A stretch of 64,000 nt of DNA, from IMG/VR virus record IMGVR_UViG_3300028394_002011; one strand, 5' to 3'. Positions within the stretch are counted from its first letter, which is position 1. Each line of letters opens with the position of its first letter. The translations under genes were made by a program, and so were the position numbers. The notes below the pieces were generated by a model. That model saw nothing but the letters and a program-made list of their open reading frames with translations, had not been told where the DNA came from and made no database searches. Shown piece after piece: positions 1-11,800 of the stretch. The stretch is from a virus.

Positions 1-2
1 TT

Positions 3-3000
3 ATTCAAAGCGAAACAATTGCGTATCTTAATAAAAAATATGTAAATTATATTCCAATTGATTCAGCACGTTACAACTCAATCATAAGCAATATTGTAGA
101 TGGTATTGGTTACGATTTGGTATTAAACACAAATTACAATTCAGTAACGCAGGCTTCTAAATTGTTCAATCCCATTTACATAGACCTAGTTACAGAACAA
201 TTAACTCAGCTGTTGGATGGTATTGACTATGCCAAAAACATAATTTTAGCCTACAGTTACAGCACTGTCAATGCACAAAATTACATTGGCGCCGTCATTG
301 ACGCTATATGTTACGATCTAGTTTTTCAAGGGTCTTTCCAAAGCATACAAATTGCATTGGCGTTTGGTCAATACAATACCGGATTAGACCTTGACGAAAT
401 CAAAGCTACATTATCAAATTTACAAACTACTCTAGTAGCGATACCATCGGTAGCGTTGAGTACAAACGCTGTGTCATCCATCACTAATAATATCAACTTG
501 ATTAATAATTTGTTGACTACAGGCGACATACCAGCAGTATCATTTCCAAGCATACAAGGAACTGCATCTGGATTAGTTAGTGCAAGAGATCTGTTGTTGG
601 CTAACATACCGTTTATTCAAGCTGAAATCACTGCTTACTTAAAAGCAAACTTTCCAACAGTCGCATACAGCAAAACACGCAGTGAACGCGATATAAACTA
701 CATAGTTTGGAGTGTAGTATACGATTTGATGTATGGTGGGAATCAGCAAAGTGTATACACTGGTTTGCAATACTGGCAGGGCGGAGTTTATCAATTATTA
801 AGTTCAGAAAAAGAATCATGGGTTGCGGCTATTAATTATATAAACAATTTAGCACAAGCCATTATTATCAACGCTCAGCCTTCAACTGTCTATCAAACTA
901 GTTTTAGACAATACACAAATGAAACGGTGTTAGGCGGCTCAGCCGCTTCAGGCAGTATTTCAACAAACATAGCTTCTATTGCTAGCATTGTCAATGCAAA
1001 TAGTTTACCAACTCCTACAGTTGTGCTTCCCACAATCAGTGCGGTATCGTCTGTATTGCTAACAGCAAGAACTGATATTGTATCTCAGAAAACAGCATTA
1101 AAAACAGCGGCCACTACATACATTAATTCTAATACAAGTTTTTCTGTTATTAATAACGATGTTATAAATGGTATCATTACTGCTAATTTTGACACAATAA
1201 AAAATATATTGACACTGGGCCTTGGTTCTCGATCTGTCCCTACATATGTTAGTCCATCTGGATTAGCTTCAGGTTATACGTATGCCAGACAAGCACTATT
1301 AGCTAACAGCAATTTCTTAGTAGAAGAGACTTACGCTTGGCAACTGGTACAAACTCCTAGTTTTGTCCCATCAGAAGGAGTTGCATCTTTTAAGCGTAGG
1401 CTTAATTATTTTATAGAAGCAGTTGCATATGACATTACTTATGGCGGTAATTCAGGTAGTTTGCCAACTGGTTACGAATATTGGATTAACGGAGTATCGA
1501 CATTATCAAGCACTGAACGTAGCATCTATGCACAAGCTATTGGTCGTTTACAGAATATAGCATCGTTAGTATCGTCTAATTCTGTAGTAACTCCAACATT
1601 CCAAGGTGTTGTTAGTCAAACATTTAATATTATATGGGTTGGAGGTAACGCGGGCCAATCAATCATAAATGAAAGATTTTCAAACATTTCAACTATTATT
1701 CAAAATAATACGTCATTGGTTTATGTGTATCCATCTTTGGATGGATTTGATAGCGTATACAAAGCCGCAAGAACAACTATTACTGGTAATAAAACATCAA
1801 TATCTGCTAGTGTAATTAATTATTTAACTGCAAAATACAAAGGCGGATTTAACTATAATGAAGTAACTTGTTACAGAGATATTGGTTATATTATTGAAGG
1901 TATGCGTATTGATTTACTAACAGGTGGTAATTATCAAACTGTTACTGCTGGTAAAAGTTACTACAAAAGTGCCAGTGCTAGACTAGCTATTACAACACAA
2001 TTGACAGAAACTGTTGATGGTTTAACTTTTGCTAAGAACTTGGCATTACAAGTATTGAATCAAACTTCCGCCACTCGCTTTCAAACATTAGTTGCTCAAG
2101 TATTCAACGTGTCATTGACTGCATCTGCTCCGGCAAAAACTACATTTACTAATAATATGAATACTATCCTTAGTATTATTACTAACGGATATGGGTCAGC
2201 TCCTGCGGCATCGTTTGGTACTGGCATCTACACTGTTGTCTTTGGCAATGGCGGCAACGGCTATGTAGATCAAGGATCCCCAGGTAGTGTACATATTATT
2301 CCTGCTAAGATATTGTTAGGCAGTACATCAGGTGCGGCTGGTACTATTGTGAAATATTTGCCAGGTAGCGGCGCAAGTACAGATTCTATTCAAGTTAGAT
2401 TAACTAAACCTGCTTTCTTCCAAACATCTGAGCAAATGGAATTTGGAGAAACTGTCAAAGATCTCAATATTACTATTTTTGTTGAAAGTGGGGTCTATTA
2501 TGAAGACTATCCAATTCGATTGCCAGCTAACTGTAGTATTAAAGGTGATGAATTCCGTCGAACAATTATTCGTCCATTGGATAGAATTTCGCAATCCCCT
2601 TGGAGAAAGATTTTCTTTTATCGAGATGCTGTTATTGACGGATTACAAATTGGATTGACCAATACATCGGTTGATTATGCAACTGCCTCTAGCATTACAT
2701 TAGGCAGTACCACAGATAAAATTATTATCACGTTGGGTTCTGGGCAAGCTCAGGCCAATTGGATTGGAAAAATTGTTCAAGATAATAATGTTCCTCCCGG
2801 TAAAGCTGTAGTTGAATCCGTAGCAGGAAATACCATGAACTGCTCAGTTATCTATCCGTTCGCTGTAAAAACAACTTATGCTTCAGGCAATTGGCATTTG
2901 TATGGAACATATAATTACGGCAGACATTATTTGACCAATCCATTAGACATAACAAGCACTTCTAAAAATAATCGTGATATTGATGTGTTATTATGCGGCG

Positions 3001-6000
3001 ATGCAACTCGTGTTAGCAACTTGACATTCCAAGGTCATGGTGGATTTGCTATGGTACTGGATCCAGAAGGTCAAATTAAAACCAAGTCGCCTTATGGTCA
3101 AGTTTGTTCAAGTTTTAGCCAATCGGTAAATCGACAAGCATTCAGGGGCGGACAATTTGTTGACGGTTTTGCTGGTAGATTGTTTGGCACCATTACCAAT
3201 GTGGCCGATGCAGGTATCACTGTAACTGTAACTGGTTCTGTAAATAGTGGATTAGATATTCGTCCACCGCAAGCACCTTGTGTGTTTTATGTACAAGGTA
3301 ATCGTTTCCAAGTTAACGATGTTGTTAGTTTTGATCCAGCCACATACACAGTTGTATTAACATTGGATGTATCAACACCATTCAACACCGTCAACATTTA
3401 TAACACTGCTAATTTTTCAACTGCTGTAGGCTTGCGAATTGACGATTTAACTAATGACTTAGTACTGGGATCTAATTTCCAAAGTATCAAAACAGGATTA
3501 TATTATCTTCAAACTGCAAACGTTGTGGTGGGAATTAAACAGACATATCTGCTGGCCGGATTGAACAAAACTCGAGACTTGATGAATTCGGCTATTTCAA
3601 ATGGCACTTCTCGTGGTATCATAACCAGTCAGATGACCACTATCACTGACATGATATCTTCTGGCTTGGCAGCATTACCTGCGGCAACATTCCCAGAGCC
3701 CCTTGGTGTGGCTACTAACGTATCAGGTGCAGTAAACATATTAAAAGCCAACAAACAATTTATTCGAGACGAGCTAGTTGCATGGGTTGCAACTAATTTT
3801 GCCACTAGAGGATACTTGGGATATAGTGCATTTGATTTGAGTCAGCGCATGGGGTATTTGATCGATGCAATGACTTATGATTTGTTATACGGCGGCAACA
3901 GTGCAACTAGAGATATTGCACAATTTTATTACAGCAACAGTGTTAGTCAAATTGCAGGTTTGGAATATTTGTATTCGTCTGCAATTTCTAAACTAATATC
4001 TTTGGTAAAATCAGTGGCAGTAAATACTACTGTTACACCAACTGTAGGAAACATATCTCCTCAAGTTACTAATTTGCCTGCGGCCACTTCAGCGCAAGGA
4101 ACTATATTGGCCAACTTGGCTAGTTTGGCCATCGATTATATATTGGATGGTAATTTTAATAATTCCATAATTGGTACTATTACATCAGGATCTGCTAACA
4201 TAACCAATGTGTCATATAATCCTGCGCTAATAAATGGAGCAACAATTGCCAGCGCAGTCAATGCTGGTGTACCTGCAGGAACAACTATTGTATCATATGA
4301 TCCAGTAACTAATATTGTTGTTATGAGTGCAACTGCCACGGTAACTAGCACTAACTTAAAATTAACAGTGGGCGGTACTGTACCAAGTAGAATAGCACCT
4401 ACCACAGCTGGACAAAATAGCCAGCGCATAATCGATGCAGGCGCTATTGTGTCTGCAAAAACTTCTATACAAAATGGAGTCATCAGTTACCTAGATTCAG
4501 GTGGCGGCACTGGTATTAACGTTGAGATGGGCGGTAATCGATCAATGCTGGCCAATGACTTTGCTATGATTAACGATTTAGGTTATGCAATTGTGGCCAC
4601 CAACGGCGGTGTAACTGAACAAGTTTCAACATTTACATATTATTGTCATACTCACTATTGGGCCAACAACGGCGGACAAATTCGTTCTGTAGCAGGCTCC
4701 AATGCACATGGCAATTACGGTTTGAGATCTAGTGGCTACGATGTGACTGAATTGCCCGATTCTGTAAAATTGGCCAACGACATGGTCCAGACTGCACAGG
4801 TATACAAGCAGGGATTAGTTTCAACACAGATGGCTCCAACTGCCACTGCTCAGGCATTAGGAATTTGGATTATTGGTTATACATATACTCCTCCAAACAA
4901 TGCTGAGATTGAGATTGATCATACTGCGTCGGGTGGTTCTATCTATCGATATCTTATCAGTACTGTTGAACATACTACAATCACAGTTAACGGGCAGAAC
5001 GTACTTAAATTGAATTTAAGTACCGCTGGTACAAATAGTACTATTACCACAGGATTGGCATATGCATTATACGATGGGCAAATGCTAACCATTCGTGTTA
5101 ATCAAAATATTAAATTTAATGATATTGACAACGTCAAACCAACAAGACCAAGTACTGCTGTTCAGTACAGCGAAAATTTAGGCGACATTTACAGAATTAT
5201 TGCTTACAATTTGACAGAATCAACAGGAGAATTATTGCCAGCAAACGTTGCTGTTTTACAAAGTGATAGTTCGTTTAGCTATTATAAATTCACAACTGAT
5301 GGCACGAACATTACCCAATTAGATCCTAGTGATTCTAGTAAAACACAAGGTAGTAAAGTTGGTGACAATAAAATAGCAGTGTTGCAAATCAGTCAGCAAA
5401 ACCAAATTGACCAATTGAACAAAGGAATCTTTTTGACTGGTTGGAATGGCCGAGTACACCGTATCACTGGGTATACACCACCGTTGTTTATTGCAACTGG
5501 TGCATTCAGTAGTTATGATGATGCAACCCGCAGATTAATTGTAACCAACGTGGCAGGAAGTATTGACATTGGTGATGTTGTCACTGGTACTGGATTTAGC
5601 AGTGGACAAACTGTTTCAAATGTTACATTTAGTGGAACTGGAACTATAACGGCAACTGTTACATTAAGTGCGGTGGCAAATACCACTCCCGCTGGTACTA
5701 TTACATTTGGTGTTAGTAAAAACGGATATTTGAGTATAGATCCTAATGCTGTACTGAATAACTCAGCTGATGGCTCTGATGTATCATCGCTGAATTACAA
5801 CTCAAAAGCTAGTGGGCCTACTGGTACAAATTATACTCAAGTGTTTTTTGATGTGCCATTTACTACCACATTGCCTGTAGTGGACAGTTATTTAACAATT
5901 GCCAATCAAGCAAACACCAGTTACAACGGCACATATCAAGTGTTGTCGGTTATAAGCAAAACACAAATTTCTATTGCCAGCACTAGTGCATTATCAGTGG

Positions 6001-8807
6001 GTATGGTTATTTCTAGTTCTGCAACTGGTACATATGTGCCTAGTACTTGTGTTATTCAAAGCATTGACAGTTCTACATTATTCACAGTCAGTCCAGCGGC
6101 TTGGATTCCAAGCGGAAGTAGCATTGTGTCAACACTGGTAGCATACTTGTCAGGATTGACTATTAGTAATCCCGGAACTAACTATACCGTAGTTCCTCAA
6201 ATTGAAATATCGGGTGGTGGCGCATTGGTGCAAGCTATTGTGACCTGCACAGTTGCCAATGGCAGTATACAATCAGTAACTATTGTTAGCCCAGGATACG
6301 GTTATAGCACTACTCCTAACGTTACTGTTAGCTATGGCGATGCAGTATTAACTCCAGTTCTCTCTGAATCGCCTCAGATTAATTCTACAGTGACAGCAGG
6401 TAACATAACAACTAGATTGGGGTTAATTTATGCTAGTGATCCTGGTGCATTTACTGCGGGTGCTAGCAGGACAGTTAGTGGATTTTCCAGCATTACTGGA
6501 AGCGGCCCATATGCGGTTAACTTAACTATAAATTCTGGTTCAGTACCAACAGCCGGCACGTGGTATCAAGTTACAGGTAATACAAATACACTGTATAATG
6601 GTTTTTATAAAGTTGACACTACCGGCTCAACAACAACTAATATTAGATTAATTTATAATTTTAATCCAGGAACATGGAGTACTAGCACACCTACCACAGT
6701 GATATTGTCAGTGACCAGCGGAACTAGTACTCAATTGGGTATCAGCAAACCATTCAGTACCGGAACCGCAGTGACTTTAAGAGCAGGATATCCTATAAAT
6801 TCATCAGCTCAAGTTACTACACGTATTAGTACTTGTCGTGTTACTGGTCATGATTTACTAGACATCGGAACTGGTAGTTATACCACTACAAACTGGCCAA
6901 CTGTGATTTACGGTAACCCTGCCAAAATTTATCAACAATCTCAAGAAATTAAAGAAGAAGGTGTGGGTCGTGTGTTCTATGTGACCACTGACCAAAACGG
7001 TATCTTCCGTGTGGGACGTTTCTTTACAGTTGACCAGGGAACTGGATCAGTTACATTCTCCGCAAGTATTGCGTTGAGTAACTTGGACGGTTTAGGATTC
7101 AAACGTGGTGTTGTGGTCAGTGAATTTTCAACTGATCCAAGCATGACCAACAACGCCAGTGACACTGTTCCTGTACAAAGTGCTATTAGAAGTTACATTG
7201 ATAAACGTTTGGGCATTGACCACGGAGGCAGTCCGGTTGCACTTGCAAGTTTGATTGGTTCAGGATATGTGCCATTAAACGGCACATTGGCCATGAAATC
7301 CACTTTCAACATGGGCAACTTTAATATTGTTAACTTGGGCACACCAGGTACTGACTACGAAGCCGCAAATAAATTGTATGTTGACAGCAGAGTACTGGCA
7401 TACAATTCTATCAACAAGTTAGTTGATACCACTGTGGTTAGTCCGTCAACAAATAATATTCTTGTGTACGACCAAACAGTGAGCAAATGGAAAAATAAAA
7501 CCATTACTGGTGACGTAAATCTTGATTTTAATACCAGCACTGGAGTGTTGTCTGCTGTTATACAACCAAGTTCAATTGTCAATACACAAATTTCACCCAG
7601 TGCTGGTATTCTGCAAAGCAAGTTGTTAATGACTATTGCCGGAGTATCTGGATCAGCGCCAAGTGGCAATGCGGCTTCAATACAGTCAAGCAATGGCGTG
7701 GCCAGTTTTAACTCTAACGAATTTACATTGTTCAACGGCTGGGCCAGTTTACGAACAAGCTCCAGTGCAAGCACTGGCGTAACGTTGAGTAAAATTCAAC
7801 AGATCAGTAACGGAACCATATTGGGTAACAGAAGTGGGTCCACTGCAAGTCCTGTTGAATTAACTCCTGCACAGGTAGTGGGAGATGCAGGTGGACTTAC
7901 TAATTCGTTATTCAATGCCAGCGGTGCTGTGACAGTGGCATTTGATGGCGTAAACGTGGCAAACAATGTGTATGCGGTAACAGGCATTACTACCACACGA
8001 GCTGTTAACAGTCTTGTTAAAACAGACAGTTCAGGCGGCATTGATGTCAACTATATAAAGATAGGTGGATATAAAGCATTAGGAATTACATCTTTAACTA
8101 ATACATTTACTACACCTGGCGGATTTGATTACATGACTGTGCTGGGAACAACGTCAAGTAATTCCAACATGACTGTGTTTGGTACATTGGATGTCAGCAA
8201 TGGTACATTAAAAACCAACTTGTTGACCACTGACAAATCAGGAGCGCCAAGTGGCCCTAACGCAGGCAGTGCCAGTATCAACGGCTGGTGGGCCATGCAA
8301 GCATCCAGTCAGATTGACTTTAGTCTTGGTACATTAAAATCTTTGACACTGACCACTGGCGGCGAAACTGTTGCAGGTACAATGACTGGACGTTGGACTC
8401 TCGCAGGTGCAAGTAGACTACAAGCTACTTACGCTGACTTGGCAGAATATTATGAAGGCGATCAGGAGTACGAAGAAGGCACAGTGCTGGTGTTTGGTGG
8501 TGACAAAGAAGTTACCACAACAACACAAATAAATGACACACGAAGTGCTGGCGTAGTCAGTGCTAACCCAGCATATGTGATGAATGGTGAACAAACTGGC
8601 ATCAAGGTTTGTATTGCACTGGCCGGTCGTGTGCCATGCAAAGTAATTGGGCGTGTTAAGAAAGGTGACATGCTGACCACCAGTGCCACTGCTGGTTATG
8701 CTGTTAAGGCTTTGAATCCTACTTTGGGTGCAGTAATTGGTAAGGCACTGGAAGACAAAGACTACGGAGAAGCTGGTATGATACAAGTTGCTGTGGGGAG
8801 AGTATAA
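3..8807 (+). CDS. Giant tail fibre/spike protein (>2900 aa, 5'-truncated): helical repeats, beta-helix (pectin-lyase-like) segments, C-terminal autocleaving chaperone-like domain
   Basis: The frame of ORF 117..8807 is open back to position 3 (IQSETIAYLNKKY...), so the true start lies upstream of the window. T/S/G/N-rich; repeated FIxxExxAYL...RDxxYxxxAxxYDLxxGGN units; C-terminal ADLAEYY...GVVS..PAYVMN...ALAGRVPCKV...IGKALE module resembling the phi29 gp12 / Peptidase_G2-type chaperone. Confidence 0.8.
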   Translation: MQSETIAYLNKKYVNYIPIDSARYNSIISNIVDGIGYDLVLNTNYNSVTQASKLFNPIYIDLVTEQLTQLLDGIDYAKNIILAYSYSTVNAQNYIGAVIDAICYDLVFQGSFQSIQIALAFGQYNTGLDLDEIKATLSNLQTTLVAIPSVALSTNAVSSITNNINLINNLLTTGDIPAVSFPSIQGTASGLVSARDLLLANIPFIQAEITAYLKANFPTVAYSKTRSERDINYIVWSVVYDLMYGGNQQSVYTGLQYWQGGVYQLLSSEKESWVAAINYINNLAQAIIINAQPSTVYQTSFRQYTNETVLGGSAASGSISTNIASIASIVNANSLPTPTVVLPTISAVSSVLLTARTDIVSQKTALKTAATTYINSNTSFSVINNDVINGIITANFDTIKNILTLGLGSRSVPTYVSPSGLASGYTYARQALLANSNFLVEETYAWQLVQTPSFVPSEGVASFKRRLNYFIEAVAYDITYGGNSGSLPTGYEYWINGVSTLSSTERSIYAQAIGRLQNIASLVSSNSVVTPTFQGVVSQTFNIIWVGGNAGQSIINERFSNISTIIQNNTSLVYVYPSLDGFDSVYKAARTTITGNKTSISASVINYLTAKYKGGFNYNEVTCYRDIGYIIEGMRIDLLTGGNYQTVTAGKSYYKSASARLAITTQLTETVDGLTFAKNLALQVLNQTSATRFQTLVAQVFNVSLTASAPAKTTFTNNMNTILSIITNGYGSAPAASFGTGIYTVVFGNGGNGYVDQGSPGSVHIIPAKILLGSTSGAAGTIVKYLPGSGASTDSIQVRLTKPAFFQTSEQMEFGETVKDLNITIFVESGVYYEDYPIRLPANCSIKGDEFRRTIIRPLDRISQSPWRKIFFYRDAVIDGLQIGLTNTSVDYATASSITLGSTTDKIIITLGSGQAQANWIGKIVQDNNVPPGKAVVESVAGNTMNCSVIYPFAVKTTYASGNWHLYGTYNYGRHYLTNPLDITSTSKNNRDIDVLLCGDATRVSNLTFQGHGGFAMVLDPEGQIKTKSPYGQVCSSFSQSVNRQAFRGGQFVDGFAGRLFGTITNVADAGITVTVTGSVNSGLDIRPPQAPCVFYVQGNRFQVNDVVSFDPATYTVVLTLDVSTPFNTVNIYNTANFSTAVGLRIDDLTNDLVLGSNFQSIKTGLYYLQTANVVVGIKQTYLLAGLNKTRDLMNSAISNGTSRGIITSQMTTITDMISSGLAALPAATFPEPLGVATNVSGAVNILKANKQFIRDELVAWVATNFATRGYLGYSAFDLSQRMGYLIDAMTYDLLYGGNSATRDIAQFYYSNSVSQIAGLEYLYSSAISKLISLVKSVAVNTTVTPTVGNISPQVTNLPAATSAQGTILANLASLAIDYILDGNFNNSIIGTITSGSANITNVSYNPALINGATIASAVNAGVPAGTTIVSYDPVTNIVVMSATATVTSTNLKLTVGGTVPSRIAPTTAGQNSQRIIDAGAIVSAKTSIQNGVISYLDSGGGTGINVEMGGNRSMLANDFAMINDLGYAIVATNGGVTEQVSTFTYYCHTHYWANNGGQIRSVAGSNAHGNYGLRSSGYDVTELPDSVKLANDMVQTAQVYKQGLVSTQMAPTATAQALGIWIIGYTYTPPNNAEIEIDHTASGGSIYRYLISTVEHTTITVNGQNVLKLNLSTAGTNSTITTGLAYALYDGQMLTIRVNQNIKFNDIDNVKPTRPSTAVQYSENLGDIYRIIAYNLTESTGELLPANVAVLQSDSSFSYYKFTTDGTNITQLDPSDSSKTQGSKVGDNKIAVLQISQQNQIDQLNKGIFLTGWNGRVHRITGYTPPLFIATGAFSSYDDATRRLIVTNVAGSIDIGDVVTGTGFSSGQTVSNVTFSGTGTITATVTLSAVANTTPAGTITFGVSKNGYLSIDPNAVLNNSADGSDVSSLNYNSKASGPTGTNYTQVFFDVPFTTTLPVVDSYLTIANQANTSYNGTYQVLSVISKTQISIASTSALSVGMVISSSATGTYVPSTCVIQSIDSSTLFTVSPAAWIPSGSSIVSTLVAYLSGLTISNPGTNYTVVPQIEISGGGALVQAIVTCTVANGSIQSVTIVSPGYGYSTTPNVTVSYGDAVLTPVLSESPQINSTVTAGNITTRLGLIYASDPGAFTAGASRTVSGFSSITGSGPYAVNLTINSGSVPTAGTWYQVTGNTNTLYNGFYKVDTTGSTTTNIRLIYNFNPGTWSTSTPTTVILSVTSGTSTQLGISKPFSTGTAVTLRAGYPINSSAQVTTRISTCRVTGHDLLDIGTGSYTTTNWPTVIYGNPAKIYQQSQEIKEEGVGRVFYVTTDQNGIFRVGRFFTVDQGTGSVTFSASIALSNLDGLGFKRGVVVSEFSTDPSMTNNASDTVPVQSAIRSYIDKRLGIDHGGSPVALASLIGSGYVPLNGTLAMKSTFNMGNFNIVNLGTPGTDYEAANKLYVDSRVLAYNSINKLVDTTVVSPSTNNILVYDQTVSKWKNKTITGDVNLDFNTSTGVLSAVIQPSSIVNTQISPSAGILQSKLLMTIAGVSGSAPSGNAASIQSSNGVASFNSNEFTLFNGWASLRTSSSASTGVTLSKIQQISNGTILGNRSGSTASPVELTPAQVVGDAGGLTNSLFNASGAVTVAFDGVNVANNVYAVTGITTTRAVNSLVKTDSSGGIDVNYIKIGGYKALGITSLTNTFTTPGGFDYMTVLGTTSSNSNMTVFGTLDVSNGTLKTNLLTTDKSGAPSGPNAGSASINGWWAMQASSQIDFSLGTLKSLTLTTGGETVAGTMTGRWTLAGASRLQATYADLAEYYEGDQEYEEGTVLVFGGDKEVTTTTQINDTRSAGVVSANPAYVMNGEQTGIKVCIALAGRVPCKVIGRVKKGDMLTTSATAGYAVKALNPTLGAVIGKALEDKDYGEAGMIQVAVGRV

Positions 8808-11800
8808 TGACTAAATTAAATGTTAATATTGGACAAAGTGTCAACGATAAAACCGGTGACACACTTCGCTCAGCGTTTGATAAAATAAATCAAAACTTTA
8901 CTGAACTGTATACCTTGACAGGTGGCACTAGTGCAGACTTGAGAGAGCTGGCGCAGGACTATGCGGCACCCATGTTCAATCATGCCAGTCACACCAACAT
9001 CACTGTGACCTATGATGATGCCAATAACAAAATATTACTAACTGGGGCGGCGGCACAGGTACAAAGCAACTGGACTGCAACTACTGGTTTGGGTGTTATA
9101 CTTAACAAGCCAACTATACCAGCTAGCTTTGCTGGCTATGACAATGAAATACAGGTTAGTCAAGTGGATGGTGATGACACTACTGGTAATGGTGACTTGC
9201 TGACGCCAGTTGCCACGATTACCAAAGCACTGACTTTGGTAACTGGCGAAAGAAGAACCATAATTATTCACCCAGGCACATATACTGAAAGCCCAACAAT
9301 AACAGTTCAATACACAGTGTTGACTACTCTGGCAACTGTGGGTGGTAGTACTGTTATTTCCGGAACTGTGACCGCAACCACTGGCTGTACTATTTCAGGA
9401 CTAAAAATAACAAACTTGACCAGCACGGCGGCATCTGGTACTGGAAATGTAAACATACTCAACTGCGATATCAGTGGCACACTCACAAAGAGTGGCTCGG
9501 GCTTATACACCCTGGTTCGCTTTACTGACTTCGGTGCCGCAACTATTAGTGGAAGTGGATTGGTTGATATCTATGGTGGCACTACAACATTTGTAACAGT
9601 TAGCAACGCTGCCGCAAATGTGCTGATTAAAAACGGTACTACCGTTGCTCCAGTCGTAACTGCGGGAAGTTTAAGCATAGTACAGATGGTGGTAGTTGCG
9701 GCCGTGACCAATGCTGTGACTACCAATGCTGGAACAGTTATTACCATGGCAAATTGCCAAATAGTAAATTCAGCATTGAATAACGTTGCTCCAGTTTCGT
9801 TAAGTGGTTTCTACTCAATCTTCAACTGTGTATATGACAAGCCTAGTTCAACCTTAGTAGCCCTGTCAGCAACAGGTGGTTCAACCAATTCCGTTGATTA
9901 CTTTCAGTTCATTAATGCTGATAGATTGATTTTGGCATCAGGTGGTAGAATAACATTCCCAGATAGCACAACGCAGACCACAGCCTGGCTTGGCAGTGTA
10001 AGCAGTTTGGTCAACGGTACAAAGACAGTGAGCCTTGGCTCGGATGGCACATTGACGCTACCAGCACAGTCAGCTACACTGACCAATGTGAATCAAATTG
10101 TATCAGCTAAAATCTATCGAGCTGGTGCCAGTACAGATACAGCCACAATACAAACTGCTCTAGATAATTGGATGGAGGCTGAGCAGGCGTGGATAGATAT
10201 ACGTACTGAAGATGCAATATCAAATGCCGCGGTCGGAAAACCTGCAAGACCGTGGGCAGGCATGCCCAGCTATACAGCATATCAACAGATAATGCTGTAT
10301 AACCCAACTGGCGGACAATTATCAGTACCCGGTAATATGGCGCCCACAGCCAAGACCGCAAGCGATAATTACCTAGCATACAAAGAACTGCAACGCAACA
10401 TTGACATTGTGGCAGGCACCAACACATTCAGCTTTGAGAACACTGGCGCCTTGAGAGTTCCAGGTGTAATTACCAAAAACAATAATCTCACATTGGTCAG
10501 TGTAGGCACAACCGTCTATCAAGGGTTATCTGATCAAGGATTACCTGTAGAGGTTCGAAACGATCTAACAGCGGCAGTTGTTGCTGACGGAGAGAATGGC
10601 AGAGTGTTCGTAAGAACAGATGATGGAACAACATTACGCACTTGGCAGTTTGATAAAGATGGCCTCTTGACATTCCCCAACAACACAGTTCAGACCACAG
10701 CCTGGCTTGGCAGTGTAAGCAGTTTGGTCAACGGTGGCAGCACATTGAGTCTTGCTTCAACTGGTGTATTGACATTTCCCAGCAACACCATTAAATCTGC
10801 GGTAGACACTGCGCTTGCAGTTACCACTCAGGAAACAGTGGTTACCACCAGTCCGACCTATAACAATGCAACAGCCTTCTCAACAGGCATAACAGTATAC
10901 GGCACATTTATACAGGGATGGTATCAACGCAATAGTCAACAGATTGAGTTTGCCCTGTTCGGAACCCCTGCGTTTGTGACCTATGTGACTGGACTGGCTC
11001 TAGGCACGGGTATGGGTGTGGTGTATGAAACATCCGGTGGCCAGCCTAATTTGTTTACTGGCACCATAACACAGGCATTCATCGCCCTAGGGCAATACGA
11101 TCCAGCACATCCAACCTGGCAGCGTGTGAGTGGTAGAGTAGACGGCACACTGCCTAACAATACGGGTATCCGTAGTGTATCTTTTTCAACCTCAAGCACA
11201 GTTCCACATAATTTTACATTTGGCACAGATGGTAGTTTAAGATTGCCCAACGATGCTGTGATAAAAGATACTGCTGGCGATGCTGTAGCATTTGGACAAA
11301 ATGCTGGTACAAATGGTCAAGGCGATTATGCAGTAGCAGTTGGTAAAGATGCTGGTATCAACACCCAAGGTACTTTAGCAGTGGCAGTTGGTCTTTCGGC
11401 TGGAGAAACTAATCAGGGCGCAGGGGCGGTGTCGGTTGGTAGGCTTGCTGGCAATTTTAACCAGGGTGCAAATGCAGTAGCAGTTGGAGCATATGCTGGT
11501 AATAACGGTCAAGCTAACAATTCGATCATATTGAATGCTACTGGCTCTGCCTTGAATCAAACTACAGCCAACACATTCACAGTAGCTCCGGTTAGAAATG
11601 CCACTGGTACAAGTGGCATATTACAATACAACTCTACTACCAAAGAAGTCACATACAGCAATACGATCACTGTTAATAGTAGCACCTGGACCTTTGGCAC
11701 AGATGGTAATTTATCATTGCCCAACTCAGCTGTTATTGGTCAAGCAAGTGATGTTGAAATCACTGCCGCGGCCACAGCCTATACTGATAGTTTGACTTTT

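Noticed and set aside
9952-10740. Tail-fibre repeat as the template/variable repeat pair of a diversity-generating retroelement
   Set aside because: The core is identical, the flanking mismatches are not adenine-specific, both copies are in-frame within one gene, and no reverse transcriptase is in the window.
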